From an uncultured Candidatus Cloacimonadota bacterium (GTDB lineage Bacteria; Cloacimonadota; Cloacimonadia; Cloacimonadales; Cloacimonadaceae): a DNA stretch of 29,246 bases. Positions within the stretch are counted from its first letter, which is position 1; each line of letters opens with the position of its first letter. This document shows positions 24,352 through 29,246 of the stretch, piece after piece. Made by a program: the position numbers and the translations under genes. The stretch spans positions 1 to 29,246 of the forward strand of contig CAZWUD010000002.1 of assembly GCA_964637055.1 (NCBI GenBank), read 5' to 3'. The notes beneath the pieces were generated by a model. The model had not been told where the DNA came from. It saw nothing but the letters and a program-made list of their open reading frames with translations, and made no database searches.

Positions 24352-26004
24352 GTGAAGCTGTGGCAGATCATCCTGATCCTCTTGATGATGAGCCCGGCTT
24401 TGTCGGCTTTGACCTTGGCAGAAATCCACTTTAGTGAGGATTTCGGTGCCTCCGAGGCCGCCCTCCTGGAAGCCAGCGGTCTGCAGATCGGCACAGAATA
24501 CGATCCCCAGGTGGTCAGTGCTGCGATCCAAAATCTCTATGCCTGGCTGCATGCCCGAGATCAATACTATGTCCGCATCCCCCAGCCGGATCTGATCCCG
24601 CTCTCTGAGAGCCAGATCGCCCTCCGCTTTCATGCCAGCTTCGCTCTGGACAGTTCCCAGCTCAAGATCCGCTATCGGGGCCTGAAGTATTTCTCGGAAT
24701 CCAAACTGCATGAATATGCCTACACTTCGCCCGAGGCCAGCTATCCGCTCTCCGAGCTGGAGCGCATCATGCAAAGGGTCTTGGAGCTCTATCATCAGAG
24801 GGCTTTTCTCTTTTGCTCTGTAAAGCTTGATTCGCTGGTGGCAGATGATGGACTGACGGCCTGGCTGGCTGTGGATGAAGGCAATATCTTCCGGCCTGAG
24901 AAATACCACTTTCAAGGCAATAATATCACTCGGGAAAATACTCTGCTCAAGAGCTCCGGGCTGCTGCGGCAAAAGCTGATCACGCCCCAGATCCTCAGTC
25001 AGGCAGAGGAAAATATCAAATCCAAAGAATACATCCGGGATTGCAGCATCCTGCCTCTGGATGAGGATAACCTGCTCTTTAAGATCGAAGAAGGCAGAAT
25101 GACCTTTTTGGAAGGCGTCCTTGGCTTTAATGAATCTGATGGCAAAAGGAAGCTTTCCGGCCTGGTCAATATCGAATTTCTCAATCTCTGGGGCACGGAC
25201 CGCGGTATCAAGCTTTTCTGGCGAAAGACTCCCGCAGAATACAGCGAGCTCAGCTTTTCCTATCATGAATCCGGCCATCACCGGCTTCCGCTGGCTGCAG
25301 ATCTGAAGCTGGAACGCACGCTTTCGGATAGCACCTGGATCCGCACCGGGCTGGATCTGGATCTATATTACCAAAGCCTGTATCACAGGATTGGCGCCAG
25401 CTTTGCCACCAGAAGCATCTTGCCGGGCACCAGCTATTCCGCGATCGAGAAGGACTACAGCTCCAGTATCGGTGCATTTTGGCAGTATCAAAACACGAAA
25501 GGAAGCCGGATCAAGACCTCCGGCAGCCGGCTGGCAGCAAGCTATGACTATGTCTTGGCAAAGGCCAAAAACTACGGCAATCTGCAGCTCTCGATCAAGC
25601 AATACATCCCGATCAAGGGCAGGTTCATCGCCTATTGGGGAGCGGAATACAAAAGGTCTGAAAATCGGGATCTGGCGGATTATGATCTCTTCTTTATGGG
25701 CGGATATGGCAGCCTGCGAGGCTATCGGCAGGATGAGTATCAGAGTCATCAATTGGGCTGGATGAATAGCGAACTGCGCTATATGATAAATCCTGAGACC
25801 ATGCTCTATATCTTTTATGATCATGGTTTTCAAAGCTTGGCAAATGATGATCTGAAAGCAGATCTTTTAGCACTTGGGACGGGTATCAAGCTTGGCACGA
25901 GATTGGGGATATTGAGCATTGAGTATGCCCTCGGTTATAGGGATAAAGGCTTTAGCAGCGTGGGACTGGGCATGATCCATCTGGGTCTGGATATTGCTCT
26001 GTAA
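24352..26004 (+). CDS. Omp85 (BamA/TamA-like) outer-membrane protein with POTRA domains
   Basis: Signal peptide, about 3 POTRA-like repeats (e.g. FQGNNITRENTL), a C-terminal amphipathic beta-strand region and the loop-6 motif GGYGSLRGY. Confidence 0.85.
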   Translation: MKLWQIILILLMMSPALSALTLAEIHFSEDFGASEAALLEASGLQIGTEYDPQVVSAAIQNLYAWLHARDQYYVRIPQPDLIPLSESQIALRFHASFALDSSQLKIRYRGLKYFSESKLHEYAYTSPEASYPLSELERIMQRVLELYHQRAFLFCSVKLDSLVADDGLTAWLAVDEGNIFRPEKYHFQGNNITRENTLLKSSGLLRQKLITPQILSQAEENIKSKEYIRDCSILPLDEDNLLFKIEEGRMTFLEGVLGFNESDGKRKLSGLVNIEFLNLWGTDRGIKLFWRKTPAEYSELSFSYHESGHHRLPLAADLKLERTLSDSTWIRTGLDLDLYYQSLYHRIGASFATRSILPGTSYSAIEKDYSSSIGAFWQYQNTKGSRIKTSGSRLAASYDYVLAKAKNYGNLQLSIKQYIPIKGRFIAYWGAEYKRSENRDLADYDLFFMGGYGSLRGYRQDEYQSHQLGWMNSELRYMINPETMLYIFYDHGFQSLANDDLKADLLALGTGIKLGTRLGILSIEYALGYRDKGFSSVGLGMIHLGLDIAL

Positions 26005-26012
26005 AAAAAACC

Positions 26013-26040
26013 TTGCCAAGAATCTAAGCATTTGTAAGCT
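26013..26040 (+). promoter_or_regulatory. Candidate promoter of the small lipoprotein gene
   Basis: TTGCCA (26013-26018), 16-bp spacer, TAAGCT (26035-26040). Confidence 0.45.
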
Positions 26041-26224
26041 GTCACCATAATTGTGAAGTATATAGTCGTGAATAAGGACTGTGCGAAGGTAATCTGCCCT
26101 GAGATGGGCATTGCCTTCGAATTTGCCAATGGCAATATTTTTATTATATGTCCCAAACCCCAAAAAACAAAAAAATAACCTAAGTAATACCCGAAAGATC
26201 GGGGAATGACTTATGGAGGAATCA

Positions 26225-26419
26225 ATGAAGAAAATTCTCTTAATATCCCTACTCGCTATGATGCTGATCGGAATGCTTACTTTCAGTGCTTGCAAACCGC
26301 AACCTCAAACTGAAGAAGCTGCAGCCGAAGAAATGGTTGAAGAAGTTGAAGAAGCTACTGACGCCGCTGAAGAAGTAGTTGACGAAGCTGCTGAAGAAGC
26401 TGTAGAAGTAACTGAATAA
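26225..26419 (+). CDS. Small Glu/Ala-rich lipoprotein (64 aa)
   Basis: GGAGGA RBS, MKK plus hydrophobic core plus FSA-C lipobox, an acidic mature part and its own terminator. Confidence 0.88.
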   Translation: MKKILLISLLAMMLIGMLTFSACKPQPQTEEAAAEEMVEEVEEATDAAEEVVDEAAEEAVEVTE

Positions 26420-26452
26420 TCAGACCCATTCACATCATTTAGTGCAGTCCTT

Positions 26453-26485
26453 AAAAATAGGCAACTCCAGTTGCCTATTTTTTTT
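26453..26485 (+). terminator. Intrinsic, potentially bidirectional terminator
   Basis: AAAAATAGGCAAC-TCCA-GTTGCCTATTTTT, a perfect 13-bp stem ending in a long T-run. Confidence 0.88.
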
Positions 26486-26612
26486 GTGTAAAAATTCCTT
26501 GCCATTAAAATGCTTTTCAAAAACAATGTAGTTGTAATAGGTTTTGGGTCCCCACTCTTATCAGGGGTTTGACTCAGCAATATGCCACAAAAGGAGTTAA
26601 GGAAAAGCACAA

Positions 26613-27827
26613 ATGAACATTCTGGTAGTTAATTGCGGTAGCAGCTCACTGAAGTATGAAGTGTATGCCATGCCCCAACGCTGCAGTTTGGGAAAAGGGC
26701 TGGTCGAACGGATCGGTCTGGCTGAAGGAAATATCTCGCAACAAGCAAAGGGAAAGATCTTTGAACGCACGATGCCGATTCCGAATCATAAAGTAGCTTT
26801 TGAGCTGATGACTCAGGCACTTTTGGATCCCGAATTCGGAGTTTTGGGATCCCGCTCTGAAATCCAGGGCATAGGCCACAGAGTCGTGCATGGTGGAGAG
26901 CAATATGCAGCATCCGTGCTGATTGATGATGACGTTATGTCTGCGATTGAAGAGAATTGCGAGCTGGCCCCGCTACACAATCCGGCCAACCTCACTGGAA
27001 TCCAGGAAGCGATGGAATTTTTCCCGGGACTGCCGCAGGTGGCGGTCTTTGATACCGCATTTCACCAGACCCTCCCACCCAGTGCCTACCTATATGGCAT
27101 ACCACGTGAATTTTATGACAAATACCGCATCCGGCGTTACGGCTTCCACGGCACCAGTCACCGCTTTGTGGCGGGGATTGCGTTGCAGATGCTGAAACGG
27201 AGTCCGGAAAACACCAATCTCATCACCTGTCACCTGGGCAATGGAGCCTCCATCACCGCCATCCAGGGAGGCAGATCCATCGACACCTCCATGGGCTTTA
27301 CCCCGCTGGAAGGATTGATGATGGGCACGCGTAGCGGAGATATCGACCCCTCCATCATATTCTACCTGGGAGAGCGCGGCTTTAAGCCTCAAGAACTGAA
27401 TAAGATTCTGAACAAGGAGAGCGGACTCCTGGGCCTATCCGGCATATCCAGTGACCTGCGGGATGTTGAAGAAGCGGCAGAAAACGGCAATGCAGACGCC
27501 AATGAAGCACTTGATACCTATGCCTACAGAATCCGTAGATACATCGGCGCTTATGCTGCTAACCTGGTCAAAGTGGATGGCATCGTCTTCACTGGAGGCA
27601 TCGGGCAAAACGCCGTCAAGATGCGTGAGAGAATCTGCAACCGATTGGAAAACATCGGGATCCACATCGATTATGAAAAGAATCGCAAAGTGGGCAGAGA
27701 GGCAGGGAGCATCTCGCACCCATACTCTCCAGTCACTATCCTGGTGATCCCTACTAATGAAGAACTGCAGATCGCCCTGGACACGACCCAGATCATCAAT
27801 CCCGACCTTAGTATATCCATAATATAA
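26613..27827 (+). CDS. ackA: Acetate kinase
   Basis: ILVVNCGSSSLKY, GHRVVHGG, LAPLHNP, VFDTAFHQT, RRYGFHGTSH, HLGNGAS, GTRSGDIDP, FTGGIGQN and IPTNEE. Confidence 0.99.
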   Translation: MNILVVNCGSSSLKYEVYAMPQRCSLGKGLVERIGLAEGNISQQAKGKIFERTMPIPNHKVAFELMTQALLDPEFGVLGSRSEIQGIGHRVVHGGEQYAASVLIDDDVMSAIEENCELAPLHNPANLTGIQEAMEFFPGLPQVAVFDTAFHQTLPPSAYLYGIPREFYDKYRIRRYGFHGTSHRFVAGIALQMLKRSPENTNLITCHLGNGASITAIQGGRSIDTSMGFTPLEGLMMGTRSGDIDPSIIFYLGERGFKPQELNKILNKESGLLGLSGISSDLRDVEEAAENGNADANEALDTYAYRIRRYIGAYAANLVKVDGIVFTGGIGQNAVKMRERICNRLENIGIHIDYEKNRKVGREAGSISHPYSPVTILVIPTNEELQIALDTTQIINPDLSISII

Positions 27828-27851
27828 AAAGCTAACACAATAGGAGGAAAG

Positions 27852-28922
27852 ATGAGGCGCTTGCTATTATTATCGCTTCTCTTGGTGGGCATTGGCATGC
27901 TGACGGCTGTATCTGTCAGCTCAATACGGGCTGAAGACTATAGCGGCGTGGTTTGCCGACTAGTGTTTCAGATGGACCAGGACACAGATTTTGTGATCCA
28001 AAAACAATCCGATGGCTTCTTTCTGGGACTGAATCAGGTCTCTGGAGAACTGCCGCCGTATAGTCTGGGCGGGACTTTTATCGACGGCATCTCAATAGTC
28101 ACCGGAGGCATCAAGATTCGCAGCTCTCTGGACTTGAGCCATCACAGCATGAGGCTCAGCGATCACAATGCGATCGTCATCGATCTTTTCAAACAGGCAA
28201 CCTCAAAACGAGACCGCCTGATCACTGCCAAATTCCTGGCTGACAAAGGGAGATTGGCCAGTGCTGACCGGGAGTTTAACAGCTTGGCCATCGACTATCC
28301 TGATCACTATGACATCCTGTATCATTGGGGTGAACTTTTGATCAAGCGAGAAAGCTCCAGGGCTCCGGAAAAGCTGGCAATGATCCCCAGAACCAGCCAC
28401 TATTACGAAGCAGCACAAGAGCTTATCCGGGATAATAGCATGTCGCAGCAAACAGATCCCGCTCAAAATGTTGAGGAAGAATCCGAGGACGAAGAGCCTA
28501 TGGTTTTGATGCAGATGCCCGGGCTGGATGAAGTAGCTGAAGACAGCGTCTATGGCATTGCCACGATCACGAGAGTCGAGGATCATTATGACAATGGTCA
28601 GAGCCTTTTGAGCAAGGTGGCGGACTGGGGCAACAGGCATTTTGTCATCACAATCATCATCTTTGTGGTGCTTCTCGTGGTTTTGTGCATCATGATCTTC
28701 GGCAATTACAAAATGAGCAAAAAGCTCAAGAAGGAAAGCATCGAGGAAAGCAGTCAACCCCTTGATACAGAAACCATGTGCAAGATTGTGAACCGCCTTT
28801 TGACTGACGGCTGGACAAATAAGGAAATCGCCAAGGAGCTCAAAATCAGCAATCATGACGTGGAATTGATCGTTCGCCGTCTACATTATATGAGCATAAA
28901 CGAGGATGATGTCAAGCCCTAA
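27852..28922 (+). CDS. Hypothetical single-pass membrane protein: signal peptide, exported beta domain plus TPR-like helices, TM, cytoplasmic helix-turn-helix
   Basis: GGAGGA RBS, N-terminal signal, TPR-like AKFLADKGRLASADREF...YHWGELL, TM FVITIIIFVVLLVVLCIMIFG and C-terminal LLTDGWTNKEIAKELKISNHDVELI. Confidence 0.8.
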   Translation: MRRLLLLSLLLVGIGMLTAVSVSSIRAEDYSGVVCRLVFQMDQDTDFVIQKQSDGFFLGLNQVSGELPPYSLGGTFIDGISIVTGGIKIRSSLDLSHHSMRLSDHNAIVIDLFKQATSKRDRLITAKFLADKGRLASADREFNSLAIDYPDHYDILYHWGELLIKRESSRAPEKLAMIPRTSHYYEAAQELIRDNSMSQQTDPAQNVEEESEDEEPMVLMQMPGLDEVAEDSVYGIATITRVEDHYDNGQSLLSKVADWGNRHFVITIIIFVVLLVVLCIMIFGNYKMSKKLKKESIEESSQPLDTETMCKIVNRLLTDGWTNKEIAKELKISNHDVELIVRRLHYMSINEDDVKP

Positions 28923-29246
28923 AGCTCTATTTCTGGCTTGCTGTCTGGCAGCAATACTCGTGCCGACAATGTTGCCGGCGCAAGCGGGATTTGCCAGGTC
29001 TGCCTTTGAGAGCAGCCTGCACAGTCGGGTGCGGCATAGTCTTTTAAATGAAAATCCCAATATCTATGTGCATGATTTTGCCGAACTCGAGGAAGGCCTG
29101 GAGCACCCTTTCAAATCCTGGTCCGGTTTTGGCGGCAAGCTGCAAGAGGCATTTCTGCCGGGCTCTGCCCAGAGCAGTTTGCTGAGCTACCGCCATGGGG
29201 ATTTTGCCGCAGATTTTAATTTCCTGGCCGGGTATGAAGCCAGCTT
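28906..29246 (+). CDS. Exported hypothetical protein, N-terminal fragment truncated by the window edge
   Basis: Hand translation: the frame is open from ATG 28906 (or 28909) to the end (MMSSPKALFLACCLAAILVPTMLPAQAGFARSAF...), with a signal-peptide-like start. It overlaps the upstream stop. Confidence 0.7.
   Translation, partial: MMSSPKALFLACCLAAILVPTMLPAQAGFARSAFESSLHSRVRHSLLNENPNIYVHDFAELEEGLEHPFKSWSGFGGKLQEAFLPGSAQSSLLSYRHGDFAADFNFLAGYEAS

Noticed and set aside
24343-25281. 312-aa minus-strand ORF
   Set aside because: It lies entirely antisense to the Omp85 gene, and I see no RBS, promoter or family motif.
26084-26206. TPP riboswitch look-alike (CTGAGA at 26099-26104, then AACCT...GTAATACC...GGGAA)
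   Set aside because: The CCUGAU core and P2/P4/P5 pairings are missing, the spacing is wrong and the downstream gene is unrelated to thiamine.
1-29246. tRNA, rRNA, tmRNA, RNase P, SRP RNA, IS transposases, prophage genes
   Set aside because: No diagnostic motifs were found by eye in the intergenic regions or ORFs. An Infernal/Rfam scan would be needed to exclude divergent RNAs.

Overview
This is a bacterial chromosomal window from a diderm organism. Cloacimonadota (FCB group) is my best guess, inferred from two secreted proteins ending in 'PNPF...WDG...GIY' FlgD-Ig/T9SS-like C-terminal domains and from gene content; I cannot confirm it. Every supported gene from 1 to 22.2 kb is on the minus strand. 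In transcription order these are: a HesB/IscA-like protein, an M6 metalloprotease, hsp20, a 576-aa uncharacterised membrane-anchored protein, htpX, rlmD, a lipoprotein, a periplasmic adaptor, GldA/F/G-like ABC genes, a DUF4340-like gene, trmFO, a secreted cyclophilin, kbl, an acyl carrier protein, an MBOAT, an SGNH-type protein, and a truncated HExxH protein missing from the ORF track. From 22.5 kb the genes are on the plus strand: lepA, an Omp85-family protein, a small acidic lipoprotein, ackA, a TPR-TM-HTH protein and a truncated exported protein. I found no tRNA, rRNA, CRISPR array or transposase. The most interesting items are (1) a kbl-ACP-MBOAT-SGNH acyl-transfer cassette with no adenylation enzyme in the window, (2) two families of dispersed intergenic palindromic elements, (3) a Gld-type ABC transporter next to an otherwise orphan MFP adaptor, and (4) a motif shared upstream of htpX and hsp20. 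All family assignments come from motif recognition by eye; no database search was run.
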